DNA of 64,000 nucleotides from Candidatus Zixiibacteriota bacterium (GCA_049290195.1 JBATNE010000040.1:10127-74126), one strand, 5' to 3'; numbered from the stretch's first letter, positions 18,562-28,581 are shown. The notes: generated from the sequence alone by a model not told the origin. Translations and numbers: made by a program.

Positions 18562-19362
18562 TCAAGATCGGCGATCAGTGCGAATCAGTTCATCCAGCTT
18601 GTCTCGATAGGTTCGGCCAAACTGCAATTCAGTGCCATCGACAAGGATCAGGAGCGGCTCCTGGTCGGCGCGTCGACGAATCTCTTTGATTCTGTCAATT
18701 CTGACCATGATAGAACGGTGGATTCTGACGAACTTCCGAGGGTCCAGCTGACCTTCCAACTGAGCAAGCGTTTCGCGCAAGAGGTGAATGTTCTTACCGC
18801 AGTGAAGTTTGACATAGTAGTCGGCAGACTCGATCCAGTCGACTTCGTCTACCGGTACAAAGTAGACACGGTCCACTTCGCGGATGACGAACCGGTTGAG
18901 CGACTGGGCAGGCTTGTCCGCAGAACTCAGATCAGATCGCAAGGACGAAAGTGCCGCCAGCAATTTGGCGCCAATTTCTCCTGCGCGATTTCCTTCGAGG
19001 GCGCTCTTGACCCGCTTGAGGGTTTCCGCAAACCTGACCGGGTCAATCGGTTTCAGGACATAATCGAGGGCATGGACATCGAATGCTCTCAGGGCATAGG
19101 AATCATAGGCCGTGACAAATACCACCAGCGGGAGTTCGTCGGCTTTCAGTCCTTCCAGCAGTTCAAAGCCGTTAGTTTGGGGCATTTGAATGTCGAGAAA
19201 GATCAGATCGGGACGGTGTTTGCGAATCGCTGTTAGTGCCGAGCTGCCGTCGGCACACTCTGTCATGATGACAAACTCAGGGTGCTTCTGGAGTTCCAAC
19301 CTGACCCCTTTACGGGCCAGCGGCTCGTCATCGACAATTATGGTCCGAATGGTGGTCGCCAC
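18562..19362 (-). CDS. LytR/AlgR-family response regulator (receiver plus LytTR DNA-binding domain)
   Basis: The receiver reads IIVDDEPLARKG...PDLIFLDIQMP..G. The C-terminal LytTR-like segment reads RFVIRE..RVYFVPVDEVDWIESADYYVKLH. It lies 17 nt downstream of the kinase gene. Confidence 0.85.
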   Translation of the reverse strand: MATTIRTIIVDDEPLARKGVRLELQKHPEFVIMTECADGSSALTAIRKHRPDLIFLDIQMPQTNGFELLEGLKADELPLVVFVTAYDSYALRAFDVHALDYVLKPIDPVRFAETLKRVKSALEGNRAGEIGAKLLAALSSLRSDLSSADKPAQSLNRFVIREVDRVYFVPVDEVDWIESADYYVKLHCGKNIHLLRETLAQLEGQLDPRKFVRIHRSIMVRIDRIKEIRRRADQEPLLILVDGTELQFGRTYRDKLDELIRTDRRS

Positions 19363-19378
19363 AGCAGTCTCCAGTTAC

Positions 19379-20548
19379 TCAGTTTTCGGTTAGTGGGATT
19401 GCGATGTATGCAGATGTCCCGCCCTGCGGACGTGATTTCAACTCAAATACAAATTCCTCTCCGAACAGGTGTTCGAGCCTGCCTCGAGCATTGCGGAGCC
19501 CCACCCCAGATCCTCGCGGTGGTAAGTCGGGTGCGATACCAACTCCGTCGTCATCGACCTGAATGGTAAGTTGGTTGCCGTTTGCGGCCACTACGATTGT
19601 GACCTGGCCGCCGCTGACTTTCGGGCTCACGCCGTGCCTTACGGCATTTTCCACAAGAGTCTGCAGCAAGAACGTGGGAATCATAGCATTTCGCACAGCT
19701 GGGTCGACTGTGAGGGAATAGGTTAGCCGCTCGGCGAAACGGGTCTTCTCAATCGCGAGGTACTTTTCAACAAAGGAGGTCTCATCGGCCACTGATACTT
19801 GCTGTGATTCCCCACGCACCAGCACGTATCTAAGCAACTCACTCAGCTGGCGCAAGACCACCTGAGCCTCGTTGATCCGTTCAATACTCATCAGTACGGA
19901 AATGGAATTGAGGGTATTGAACAAGAAGTGAGGCTGCAGCTGCGAATATAAAGTATTGAGCTGCGCCCGAGTCAGTTCAGCTTCGAGCCTTGAGGCCAGC
20001 CACTCTCGCTGAATCAGGCGTGTACGGTAGTCGCCGGCAGCAATAATGGCGGCAATGCCAAAATAGATGACGATGGACCAGGGGGCCATCCAGAGCAGAT
20101 ATGACTGGTAGTTGGCAAGGAATTTTGCGGCCGTGATAGGGGCCGTCGACCTCAATAATGAGCCGAGTACTGCCGACCCGTTCTGCACCAAAGCAGCCAA
20201 AATCGCCATAGCGAGATGCGCTGATCCGCTGCGGATCAATCGGTCCCGTTCAAATGGAAAGCGAGCAACCAACAGCGCAATCAGTGGCGCAAAGATGGCC
20301 CAGGGGAACCACTCAAAACTGACGCCGACAAGTAAGCGGGACCAGGATGCGTTTGGATTTTCTTTGACGGCGTTGAAATACCAGAGGGTAGTAACAAAGA
20401 GAACCAGGAGAGCCACAATTACGGCGGTCCAGAGCCAGCGTCGTGCCCCGGACAAAGCCTGGCCGGGCCCCGGAATGGTCAGGGGGACAGAAAGAGGAGA
20501 TTCAACTGGAAGGGCGTGGTCGGTTTGTGCCATACTGTCTTTTGTCAC
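19379..20548 (-). CDS. Sensor histidine kinase of the LytS/YehU (His_kinase, PF06580-type) class
   Basis: Multi-TM N-terminus. The H-box region reads LQPHFLFNTLNSISVLM. The ATPase region reads NAVRHG...DDGVGI...GSGVGLRN. Confidence 0.8.
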   Translation of the reverse strand: MTKDSMAQTDHALPVESPLSVPLTIPGPGQALSGARRWLWTAVIVALLVLFVTTLWYFNAVKENPNASWSRLLVGVSFEWFPWAIFAPLIALLVARFPFERDRLIRSGSAHLAMAILAALVQNGSAVLGSLLRSTAPITAAKFLANYQSYLLWMAPWSIVIYFGIAAIIAAGDYRTRLIQREWLASRLEAELTRAQLNTLYSQLQPHFLFNTLNSISVLMSIERINEAQVVLRQLSELLRYVLVRGESQQVSVADETSFVEKYLAIEKTRFAERLTYSLTVDPAVRNAMIPTFLLQTLVENAVRHGVSPKVSGGQVTIVVAANGNQLTIQVDDDGVGIAPDLPPRGSGVGLRNARGRLEHLFGEEFVFELKSRPQGGTSAYIAIPLTEN

Positions 20549-20724
20549 TCGATACTGATATGTTCGTCAGGTCCTCAAGTGAATATAATAGGAATGATAA
20601 AGCGCCCCAGTGGTTTTCTGGCCGGGTGGTTCACAAGTTGAAAAAATGGTTGAAATGCGTGCCGTCAATGGCCATTCTGGTGCAGTTAACGTAACAAAGT
20701 TCCCATCGCAAAGGAGTTGAGTAT

Positions 20725-21333
20725 ATGAAAAAGGTCATTCTTGTGTTGCTGGCAGTGCTACTGGCGGTGTTACCGCTTGCCTGTGGTGGAAGTTCGCGTC
20801 AGATAACGCGCCTGGACCCCAACCAGACCACCGACCTGAGTGGAGCCTGGAACGATACGGATGCCCGGCTCGTGGCGGAGGAGATGGTCAAAGACGCGAT
20901 CGCCCGCCCCTGGCTGGCCGATTTCAACCGGACTGCCGGCAAGAAGCCGGTGGTGACAGTCGGTACAATTCGCAACATGACAAGCGAGCACATCAATACT
21001 GAGACGTTTTCGACTGACTTTGAACGGGAACTCATCAATTCCGGACAGGTTCGATTTGTGGCGAGCAAGGAAGACCGAAGTGAACTTCGTGACGAGCGCC
21101 AGGAACAACAGGAATTTGCGTCGCCGGAAACTGTCAAGAAACTCCGCAACGAGACCGGAGCGGATTTCGTCCTGCTGGGTTCGGTGAAGGACATAGTCGA
21201 CGAAGTCGCCGGAACGAAGACCGTATTCTACCAGACCGATTTCCAACTCATCAATGTTGAGACGATGGAGAAGGTCTGGATAGGCACGAAGAAGATCAAG
21301 AAGGGCATCTCCCAGGGCAGCACAAAGTGGTAG
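20725..21333 (+). CDS. LpoB-like (COG3417-type) lipoprotein
   Basis: Signal plus Cys (LLAVLPLACGG). Motifs typical of this family are present: DLSGAWNDTDARLVAEEM, KPVVTVGTIRN.T.EHINTE, GADFVLLGSV, FQLINVETMEKVW. Confidence 0.65.
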   Translation: MKKVILVLLAVLLAVLPLACGGSSRQITRLDPNQTTDLSGAWNDTDARLVAEEMVKDAIARPWLADFNRTAGKKPVVTVGTIRNMTSEHINTETFSTDFERELINSGQVRFVASKEDRSELRDERQEQQEFASPETVKKLRNETGADFVLLGSVKDIVDEVAGTKTVFYQTDFQLINVETMEKVWIGTKKIKKGISQGSTKW

Positions 21334-22746
21334 TTGGCAGTGACTGCTAGTTCACGGACGTACCTTTCTCTGCTTGTGGTTGCCTGCACGCTGCTGACGG
21401 GCGGATGCGGATCGATGGCGACTCGCCGGAGTTTCTACCGTCCCATTGCCGAGCAGGTGCGCAAGGGAAACTACGCGGCCGCATCTCTGGCGCTGGACAA
21501 AGCCCGGGACGACGGCAAATTTGACGAGAAGGACCGGTTTCTGTACTTCATGGATGCCGGCCTTCTCGCTCACTATAGCGATTCACTCGACAAGAGCACT
21601 TCGCAGTTGTCGCTTGCAGAGAAGACAAGCGAGGAGCTCTTCACCAAGAGCGTCTCCCGCGCCGCACTCTCCATGCTTCTCAACGACAACGCCCTTGAGT
21701 ATGCCGGGGAGGACTACGAGGTCCTCTATTCCAACGTATTCAAGGCCTTGAATTTCATCTCGGTTGACTCGTTCGACGCGGCCTTTGTGGAAATCCGCCG
21801 GGCAAACCAGAAACTCGAACTTCTCAACCAGAAGTATGCAACAGCGGCTGAGGAGTACCAGAAAGGGAACGATCAGGACTCAAACCACATCCCGCTCACC
21901 TACAAAGCGGTCGATGTTCGGTTCAATAACGATGCCTTCGTTCGATACCTGAGCATGCAGATGTACGCCGCTGCCGGGAAATACGATGACGCCCGCATCG
22001 ACAGCACTGCATTTGTCCAGGCCTTCACCGACCAACCCAATCTGTATCCTTTTCGACAGCCGGAAGTTCGATTTGCGGTCACTGACAGCTCGAAAGCGCT
22101 CCTCTCTGTAGTTGGCTTAACCGGACTCGCTCCGGTAAAGGAAGCGAAGAATTTCAGGATCAGGACTGACAAACAGCTGGATGTCCTTTCTATTCTCTAC
22201 ACGGAACCGACGGGGGAGGAGACAGTATTTGAGAACATCCCGATGAAGCTCAATACCGATCTCTATTTCAAGTTCTCGGTGCCAAGTATCGTCCAGCCTC
22301 TCTCCGTTGTCACAACGGTTCGTGTCATTGTCGACGGAAAAGCGCTCGGAGAGCTGGCGCTTCTGGAGGATGTTGGCATAATTGCCCGCGAATCATTCCA
22401 GGCGCACAAGTCGCTCATCTATCTCAAGTCGATTGCCCGAGCGGTTGTAAAAGGGATTGCCGCCAATCGGGCGAAATCAAAGGCTGACACAGGTGGCTTT
22501 GGCGGCTGGTTGAAGAAGGCCGCAATCGATGTGGCGTCGGACCTGACCGAAAACGCCGACCTTCGATGCGTCCAGTATCTCCCCGGCCAGATTCGAGTGG
22601 CGGATTTCGCCGTCACCCCCGGAGTTCACGATATCGTATTTCAATTTCTTGGGAGCGACGGTCAGGTTGTGTCGGAGAAGATCATCCCCAAGTACAAGGT
22701 ACTCAAGCGCGGTCTGAATCTTCTGGCGGCCGAGTGCCTGAATTAA
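21334..22746 (+). CDS. Lipoprotein of unknown function (TPR-like N-terminus), partner of the LpoB-like gene
   Basis: It starts immediately after the upstream stop with a TTG start. Lipobox-like CTLLTGGCGS. 470 aa. The family was not recognised with certainty; it may be the COG3014-type protein that often accompanies LpoB-like genes. Confidence 0.5.
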   Translation: MAVTASSRTYLSLLVVACTLLTGGCGSMATRRSFYRPIAEQVRKGNYAAASLALDKARDDGKFDEKDRFLYFMDAGLLAHYSDSLDKSTSQLSLAEKTSEELFTKSVSRAALSMLLNDNALEYAGEDYEVLYSNVFKALNFISVDSFDAAFVEIRRANQKLELLNQKYATAAEEYQKGNDQDSNHIPLTYKAVDVRFNNDAFVRYLSMQMYAAAGKYDDARIDSTAFVQAFTDQPNLYPFRQPEVRFAVTDSSKALLSVVGLTGLAPVKEAKNFRIRTDKQLDVLSILYTEPTGEETVFENIPMKLNTDLYFKFSVPSIVQPLSVVTTVRVIVDGKALGELALLEDVGIIARESFQAHKSLIYLKSIARAVVKGIAANRAKSKADTGGFGGWLKKAAIDVASDLTENADLRCVQYLPGQIRVADFAVTPGVHDIVFQFLGSDGQVVSEKIIPKYKVLKRGLNLLAAECLN

Positions 22747-22768
22747 CCTCACTGTCCGGGTCACATCC

Positions 22769-23458
22769 ATGGCAATAACAACCATACTCCTTGACGGCGG
22801 CGGCGTCATTCTGGACGAAGCCGACACCGAGCACGCTAATGCCGAGATCATCACAGAGATCATTCAGCAATGCGGCATCCCTTATTCAATCGACGAGTAC
22901 TGGCGCGATACAGAAGAAGCGGTGTATCGGTTTGTCCCCAGCACCTACCGTTACATACTCTGGAAGAAATTGCAGAGTCGGGACAAGTTCGAAGAGGCAC
23001 ATAGGAAATGGCGTTATCGATTGGCCACAGACGGGCCGCCTCTTCGAATCGCCGATGGAATGGCGGAGCAACTTCGGACTCTCAGTCACCATTTCAAGTT
23101 TGGCCTCGCCGGGCAGTACGGGGCCGAAATTCTCGATACTCTCATGGCGGGATCGCTGCTGGACCTCTTCGACTATAAGGGGACCCAGGATAATTTCTCG
23201 ATAACCAAGCCTGATCCGAGATATTTTGAGCAGATAGCAGCAGCCTGTGGTGTAACGACTCAATCTTGTCTCATGGTAGGGGACAGGATTGACAACGACA
23301 TAATCCCGGCCCACCAGACTGGTATGTTGGCGGTGCGGATCAGGACCGGCATTCACATTCGTCAGGAGCCGAGAACGCCCCCTGAATTCCCTGACGCCGA
23401 GATTGACTCCGTCAGTCAGCTTGCCCAAACGATCTTGCGGTTGACTTCCAGGTCATAG
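22769..23458 (+). CDS. HAD-superfamily hydrolase (subfamily IA-like)
   Basis: Motif I ILLDGGGVILDE and motif IV MVGDRIDNDI. 229 aa. Confidence 0.65.
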   Translation: MAITTILLDGGGVILDEADTEHANAEIITEIIQQCGIPYSIDEYWRDTEEAVYRFVPSTYRYILWKKLQSRDKFEEAHRKWRYRLATDGPPLRIADGMAEQLRTLSHHFKFGLAGQYGAEILDTLMAGSLLDLFDYKGTQDNFSITKPDPRYFEQIAAACGVTTQSCLMVGDRIDNDIIPAHQTGMLAVRIRTGIHIRQEPRTPPEFPDAEIDSVSQLAQTILRLTSRS

Positions 23459-23470
23459 AAGAATATTGCC

Positions 23471-23507
23471 AAAAGAAAACTGCCGAAGCGATTGCTCGCT
23501 CCGGCAG
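23471..23507 (-). terminator. Intrinsic terminator of gdhA
   Basis: CTGCCGAAGCG-ATTGCT-CGCTCCGGCAG hairpin (one mismatch). On the minus strand it is followed by TTTTCTTTT. It lies 37 nt past the stop. Confidence 0.55.
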
Positions 23508-23543
23508 CTATAGTCAACTCAGCGATCTGAGTCTGCTTACGAC

Positions 23544-24830
23544 TTATACCCAGCCACGGTCTTTGCAGGCCTGGGCAACACGGCTGACAGCCACGATATA
23601 AGCGGCGTCGCGCATGTACAGCTTGCGCTGACGGGCGAGTTCGCTCACGGCGTGGAAGGCAGAGGTCATCTTGGTGTCCAGCGCATTCAAAACCTGGTCT
23701 TTTTCCCAGTAGAAGTTCTGATTGCTCTGTACCTGTTCGAAATAGCTGCAGGTCACGCCACCGGCGTTCGCGAGGAAGTCCGGGATCATGAAGATGCCGC
23801 GTTCGTGAATGACCTTATCGGCTTCGGGAGTAGTCGGACCGTTGGCGCCTTCGCTGATGATCCGGACCTTCTTGCCGATCTTATTGACGTTTTCAGCGGT
23901 GATCTGGTTCTCAATTGCGCTCGGGAGCAGGACATCGACATCCTGTTCAATCCAGGCGCCACCGGGGAGAACTTCGTAGCCAAGATCTTTGGCCTTGTTC
24001 TTGTCAATGCCGCCGAAACGATCGGTGACGTTCAACAGCTCGTCCGGATTGACGCCGGCCATTTTGCGGAACGTATACGACGTCTGGTCGTGCTGATCCC
24101 ACGAAGAGACACAGATAACCTTGCCGCCGAGTTCCTGGAACAAACGGACGGCATACTGGGACACGTTGCCAAAGCCCTGAACGGCGGCAGTGGAGCCCTG
24201 CGGCTTCATGCCCAGTTCTTTCATGGCTTCGCGTACGCAGTAAATCACGCCGTAACCGGTAGCTTCGGTACGACCAAGAGAGCCGCCCATACCAACCGGC
24301 TTACCGGTGATAAGGCCCGGAAGCTTCTGGCGATTGATGGTCTCAAATTCATCAAGCATCCAGAGCATATGCTGGCCGTTGGTCATCACGTCCGGGGCCG
24401 GAACGTCGGTCAACGGGCCAATGTCTTTGGAAAGAGCGCGTACCCAGCCACGGCAGATGGCTTCCTGCTCACGCATGCTGAGGTTGTGCGGGTCGCAAAT
24501 GACTCCGCCCTTGGAGCCGCCGAGCGGTATGTCGACCACGGAAGTCTTCCAGGTCATCCACATGGAGAGAGCACGTACCGTGTCAATGGTCTCCATCGGG
24601 TGGAACCGGATGCCGCCCTTGCCCGGACCGCGAGAATCATTGTGCTGAACGCGGAAGCCGCGGAACACTCTGGTCTTGCCGTCATCCATCCGAACCGGGA
24701 TTGCGAACACATATTCCCGCATCGGTACCCGGAGCAGATCACGGGTGGCTTGATCCAAGCCAAGGAAATCAGCCGCACGGTCAAACTGCGCCTGAGCCAT
24801 GGCAAAGGGGTTGAACGCTTTGTTATCCAT
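23544..24830 (-). CDS. gdhA: Glutamate dehydrogenase (Glu/Leu/Phe/Val dehydrogenase family)
   Basis: Motifs GPGKGGIRFHP and PLGGSKGG are present, with a Rossmann GFGNVSQY. 428 aa. Confidence 0.9.
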   Translation of the reverse strand: MDNKAFNPFAMAQAQFDRAADFLGLDQATRDLLRVPMREYVFAIPVRMDDGKTRVFRGFRVQHNDSRGPGKGGIRFHPMETIDTVRALSMWMTWKTSVVDIPLGGSKGGVICDPHNLSMREQEAICRGWVRALSKDIGPLTDVPAPDVMTNGQHMLWMLDEFETINRQKLPGLITGKPVGMGGSLGRTEATGYGVIYCVREAMKELGMKPQGSTAAVQGFGNVSQYAVRLFQELGGKVICVSSWDQHDQTSYTFRKMAGVNPDELLNVTDRFGGIDKNKAKDLGYEVLPGGAWIEQDVDVLLPSAIENQITAENVNKIGKKVRIISEGANGPTTPEADKVIHERGIFMIPDFLANAGGVTCSYFEQVQSNQNFYWEKDQVLNALDTKMTSAFHAVSELARQRKLYMRDAAYIVAVSRVAQACKDRGWV

Positions 24831-25623
24831 TTACATTACCTCCTAGGTTGTCACGACCACATTGGATCGGATTCGTCAACCGTGACCTCTTTGCCACCAG
24901 CATGCTGAATTCCGACACGTTACAATGCGATCCATTCAATTCAATTTTGCGCGGCTATAAGTAGTGAAATCTTTCACAAATGTCAAGGACTACCAATCTC
25001 CGATTCAAACATTTGTCTATTCGTCGGTCAAAAACAAGATAAATCGCGTCTGAAATATGTTAAAATGGTCATAAGACCCCACGACTATTCCGCATGTATC
25101 TGTGAGGTAATGGGTTAATAGGGATAGGATGACCGTTTTCTGTCCCGGGCCGACGCCACCTAAAGATCACCCCCGCGAGGTAAGCGGGGGTGTCCACGCA
25201 AAAAAAGCTAGATAACGATGAAAGCAGGTCTCCAAATGGACTGCGACTTTTGGTCAATCTGTCACTCGAACCACATGGTGGTATTACTGCTCTCTCGCTG
25301 AATGAGGACTAATAACTCTTTGTTGTCAATACAAAAGTCGAGATAGGCACAAGATTTGGATTCAGCCTAGATTGGTGTTGTTTTGTGGGACCGAGAACCG
25401 AGAGGGAACCCGGGCGCCCTATGAGATTCGGCGGAAATGGCAGGTTGCCGACCTTATCTGACAATTCCGGTTCAATATGACCTTCTAACTATACGACAAA
25501 AATGGTCTAAATTGGAGTAATCGCTACATGTTTTTTGACAATTGTGTTGCGCCAGGTATGGCGTGGACTTATTCTAGTAGCCCGAAAATACCACGGTTGA
25601 AAAATACCCCTTAGGGAGGTCCG

Positions 25624-26211
25624 ATGACCCAACAGAGCCGGCAAACTGATCCAACCGAAGCCGAATTGCGCGAAGCATTCTGGCGCCAGGTAGATGTCAT
25701 CCCGGATGGGCACAAGTTAAGTCTCTGTCTTCAATGCGGTACCTGTACCGGAAGCTGCCCCGTTTCCTATGCCATGGATATTACTCCACGCCAGACCATT
25801 GCTCTGTTTCGGGCCGGGATGCTCGAAGACATCCTGCACAGCAGAACCATTTGGATCTGTGCGTCATGCTACTCATGTACGGTGCGGTGCCCGGTCGGCA
25901 TCAAGGTCACTGACACCATGTATGCGCTTAAGCGTCTGGCGATGGAGAAGAAGGTGTATCCGCCCAAATTTGCGGTGCACACGCTGTCGAAGGCGTTTAT
26001 CGAAAATGTTTACAAGTACGGCCGGAACTACGAATTGGGGCTGGGGCTGAAGTATTTCCTGAAGTCAGACTTTATGAAGCTGTTCGCAAATACAGGATTC
26101 GCCCTCACCATGTTTCGACACGGGAGGTTGGGGCTGCTTCCTTCAAAAATCAAACGGGTTGACCAGGTTCGGGCAATTATCAAACGAGCGAACCAGATTC
26201 CGGAGGCGTGA
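25624..26211 (+). CDS. hdrC: Heterodisulfide reductase subunit C-like (2x[4Fe-4S])
   Basis: CLQCGTCTGSCP and CASCYSCTVRCP motifs. SD GGGAGG lies 6 nt upstream of the ATG. Confidence 0.8.
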   Translation: MTQQSRQTDPTEAELREAFWRQVDVIPDGHKLSLCLQCGTCTGSCPVSYAMDITPRQTIALFRAGMLEDILHSRTIWICASCYSCTVRCPVGIKVTDTMYALKRLAMEKKVYPPKFAVHTLSKAFIENVYKYGRNYELGLGLKYFLKSDFMKLFANTGFALTMFRHGRLGLLPSKIKRVDQVRAIIKRANQIPEA

Positions 26212-27092
26212 TGTTGGAATTTGCATACTATCCGGGCTGCAGTCTGGAGACTAGCGGGTCTTCCTACGACAAGTCCATTCGCCAGGTTTTCCAGAAGCTC
26301 GAGATCGGGCTGAAGGAGATCGAAGACTGGAACTGCTGCGGCGCAACTATGTACATGTCAGTGAAGGCGCTGGTCGGTTATTCCATCTCGGCCCGCAATC
26401 TGGCTCTTGCCGAATCCATGGGACTCCCGATCTGTGCGCCCTGCAGCAGCTGCTACACGATTCTCAGAAAGACCAATCGATTTATCGAATCCAACACCAA
26501 AGAACGCGAGCACATAAACGACGCGCTCGGTGCCGCCAACTTGAGTTATACAGGTACGGTTTCGGTCCGCCACCCATTGGACATCCTGGTCAACGACGTT
26601 GGTATCGAGAAGATCGCCGCTGCGTCCAGAGTTAAGCTCACTGGGATCAAGGTCGCGCCATACTATGGATGTCAGGTGGTCAGGCCACAGGGGTTTTTCG
26701 ACGATGTCGACGAGCCCATGACGATGGATCGGCTCTTCCAGGGATTAGGGGCAGAGGTCACTCATTTCCCTGGCAAGGTGAGATGCTGCGGAGGGATGCT
26801 GATGACCACACAGACAGATATCGCCTACAAACTCAATCATACGCTTCTCCAGGCCGCTGTTGACAATGGCGCCGACATTATTGCGACAGCGTGCCCGCTC
26901 TGCCAGATGAACCTTGAAGCGTATCAGGCCAAAATCAACCAGGTATACGGCACGAGTTTTAACATCCCGGTGGTCTATTTCAGTCATCTCGTCGGCATCG
27001 CACTCGGAATTCCGGCGGAAGACATGGGAATGGGGGACTTCGTGATTCCCGCTGATCGATTGACAGCGAAGTTGGCGGAGGTAAGCAGATGA
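26211..27092 (+). CDS. hdrB: Heterodisulfide reductase subunit B-like (two CCG domains)
   Basis: YYPGCS...WNCCGA and YYGCQ...KVRCCGG, i.e. two Cys-rich CCG domains. The start is ATG 26211 (or GTG 26208) and overlaps the hdrC stop. Confidence 0.85.
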   Translation: MLEFAYYPGCSLETSGSSYDKSIRQVFQKLEIGLKEIEDWNCCGATMYMSVKALVGYSISARNLALAESMGLPICAPCSSCYTILRKTNRFIESNTKEREHINDALGAANLSYTGTVSVRHPLDILVNDVGIEKIAAASRVKLTGIKVAPYYGCQVVRPQGFFDDVDEPMTMDRLFQGLGAEVTHFPGKVRCCGGMLMTTQTDIAYKLNHTLLQAAVDNGADIIATACPLCQMNLEAYQAKINQVYGTSFNIPVVYFSHLVGIALGIPAEDMGMGDFVIPADRLTAKLAEVSR

Positions 27093-28069
27093 CTAGTACG
27101 AATGGTCCCAATGGGAATAGTGAAATTCGGGTCGGCGTGTACGTCTGCCACTGCGGCTCAAATATTGCCAAGGTAGTTGATGTTGCCAAAGTAGCGGAGG
27201 CGTGTCGCACATTGCCGGGAGTGGTAGTCTCCAAGCACTATCGCTTCATGTGTTCCGACCCCGGACAGGAGTTAATCCGCAAGGACATCGAAGAATTGGG
27301 GCTTAACCGCGTTGTGGTTGCGGCCTGTAGCCCGCTCATGCACGAGGGAACGTTCAGGAAGGCGGTCGAAACCGCCGGACTCAATCGGTACTACTTCGAA
27401 ATGGCCAACATTCGTGAGCAGGTGAGCTGGGTTACCGATGACGCTCGCGCAGCAACAACAAAAGCCAAAGCGCTGGTGCGGGCCGCTATTGCCCGCGTTC
27501 GCTTCCATGAAGCGCTCGAAATGCGGCGCGTCCCGATCAAGCAGGCAGTTATGGTAGTCGGGGGCGGTATTTCCGGAATCGAAGCGGCCTTGCAGATGGC
27601 GGACGCCGGCTTTCAAGTCTATCTGGTGGAACGGGAAGCCTCGATAGGCGGGCATATGTCTCAGTTTGATAAGACCTTTCCAACCCTTGATTGCGCTGCC
27701 TGTATTCTCACTCCAAAAATGGTCTCGGTCGGCAAGCATCCCAATATCAAGCTAATGACGTGGACTGACATCGAGGAAGTGTCCGGTTCAATCGGCAGTT
27801 TCAAGGTAAAGGTCCGCAGGAAAGCGCGCTACGTGGACGAAAAGCTGTGCAACAGCTGCGGTTCGTGCTACGAGGCTTGCATCAGTCGTCCCTACCCGAA
27901 GAAGAGACGGATGATTCTCGGTGATTGCGTCTTTCGCGAAGGACGACTTCTCGATGTCAAAGACAAGTACATACTGGGCCCAAAACATGACCTCACTGTT
28001 CTGACCGGCGCACAGCCGATGCCCGAAAACGTCGAACCGGCGCCTGACGAAGAGGAAGCACTCGCATGA
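27089..28069 (+). CDS. hdrA: HdrA-like flavoprotein, N-terminal half only (N-terminal [4Fe-4S] domain, first part of the FAD/thioredoxin-reductase fold, first Cys motif of the inserted ferredoxin domain)
   Basis: VGVYVCHCGSNIA..FMCSDPG..VVAACSPLMHE..NIREQVSWV. FAD dinucleotide motif VVGGGISGIEAA with GGHMSQFDKTFPTLDCAACILTPKM. It ends after CNSCGSCYEAC with a non-homologous acidic tail. The start is an ATGA overlap with hdrB. Confidence 0.85.
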   Translation: MTSTNGPNGNSEIRVGVYVCHCGSNIAKVVDVAKVAEACRTLPGVVVSKHYRFMCSDPGQELIRKDIEELGLNRVVVAACSPLMHEGTFRKAVETAGLNRYYFEMANIREQVSWVTDDARAATTKAKALVRAAIARVRFHEALEMRRVPIKQAVMVVGGGISGIEAALQMADAGFQVYLVEREASIGGHMSQFDKTFPTLDCAACILTPKMVSVGKHPNIKLMTWTDIEEVSGSIGSFKVKVRRKARYVDEKLCNSCGSCYEACISRPYPKKRRMILGDCVFREGRLLDVKDKYILGPKHDLTVLTGAQPMPENVEPAPDEEEALA

Positions 28070-28581
28070 CCACTGAAGTTAAGTCCGATTTTGATCTGGA
28101 GAAGCGGATTTCGGAGATTGTGAAGCAATACGGCGCCAAACCATCGGCGCTGATCATGATTCTCCAGGATATTCAAAAGCACTATCGCTACCTGCCCAAG
28201 GATGCAATGGTTGCGGTCTCCAAGAAAATGCGCCTGCCCCTTGCGCAGATATATGGAGTTGCCACGTTCTACCGCTCTTTCAGCCTGACCCCTAAGGGAA
28301 GGAATCATATCTGTGTCTGTACCGGCACGGCCTGTCACGTACGACAGTCGGTCGTCATTCTCGAACACCTTGAACGACAGGTTGGAATCAAGGCCGGAGA
28401 GACGTCGGCGGATCTTGAGTATTCGCTGGAGCGTGTGAACTGTCTCGGCGCCTGCGCGCTCGGACCGTTGGTCACGGCCAATGAGCAGTACTACGGGAAT
28501 ATGACAGTAGCCAAGGCCGATCGGATGCTCGGTGAACTTCGCGGCAAACACGAGAAGTCAACAGCAGGAGAAACGGTATGA
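28066..28581 (+). CDS. NuoE/HoxE/HydC-like thioredoxin-fold [2Fe-2S] subunit
   Basis: ATFYRSF...ICVCTGTACH...VNCLGACALGP. ATGA overlaps at both ends. Confidence 0.85.
   Translation: MTTEVKSDFDLEKRISEIVKQYGAKPSALIMILQDIQKHYRYLPKDAMVAVSKKMRLPLAQIYGVATFYRSFSLTPKGRNHICVCTGTACHVRQSVVILEHLERQVGIKAGETSADLEYSLERVNCLGACALGPLVTANEQYYGNMTVAKADRMLGELRGKHEKSTAGETV

Noticed and set aside
23652-24908. 418-aa ORF on the plus strand
   Set aside because: It lies entirely antisense to the well-supported gdhA gene and has no motifs. This is a typical shadow ORF in GC-biased coding sequence.
25437-25447. Sigma-54-like TGGCA...TTGC upstream of the hdr operon
   Set aside because: The spacing between the GG and GC elements is about 4 nt too short for a -24/-12 promoter.
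28067-28069. TGA ending the HdrA N-half as a possible selenocysteine codon (HdrA/MvhD selenoproteins exist)
   Set aside because: Read-through in frame hits another TGA after 18 codons of non-homologous sequence. The TGA is also part of an ATGA start/stop overlap with the next gene.
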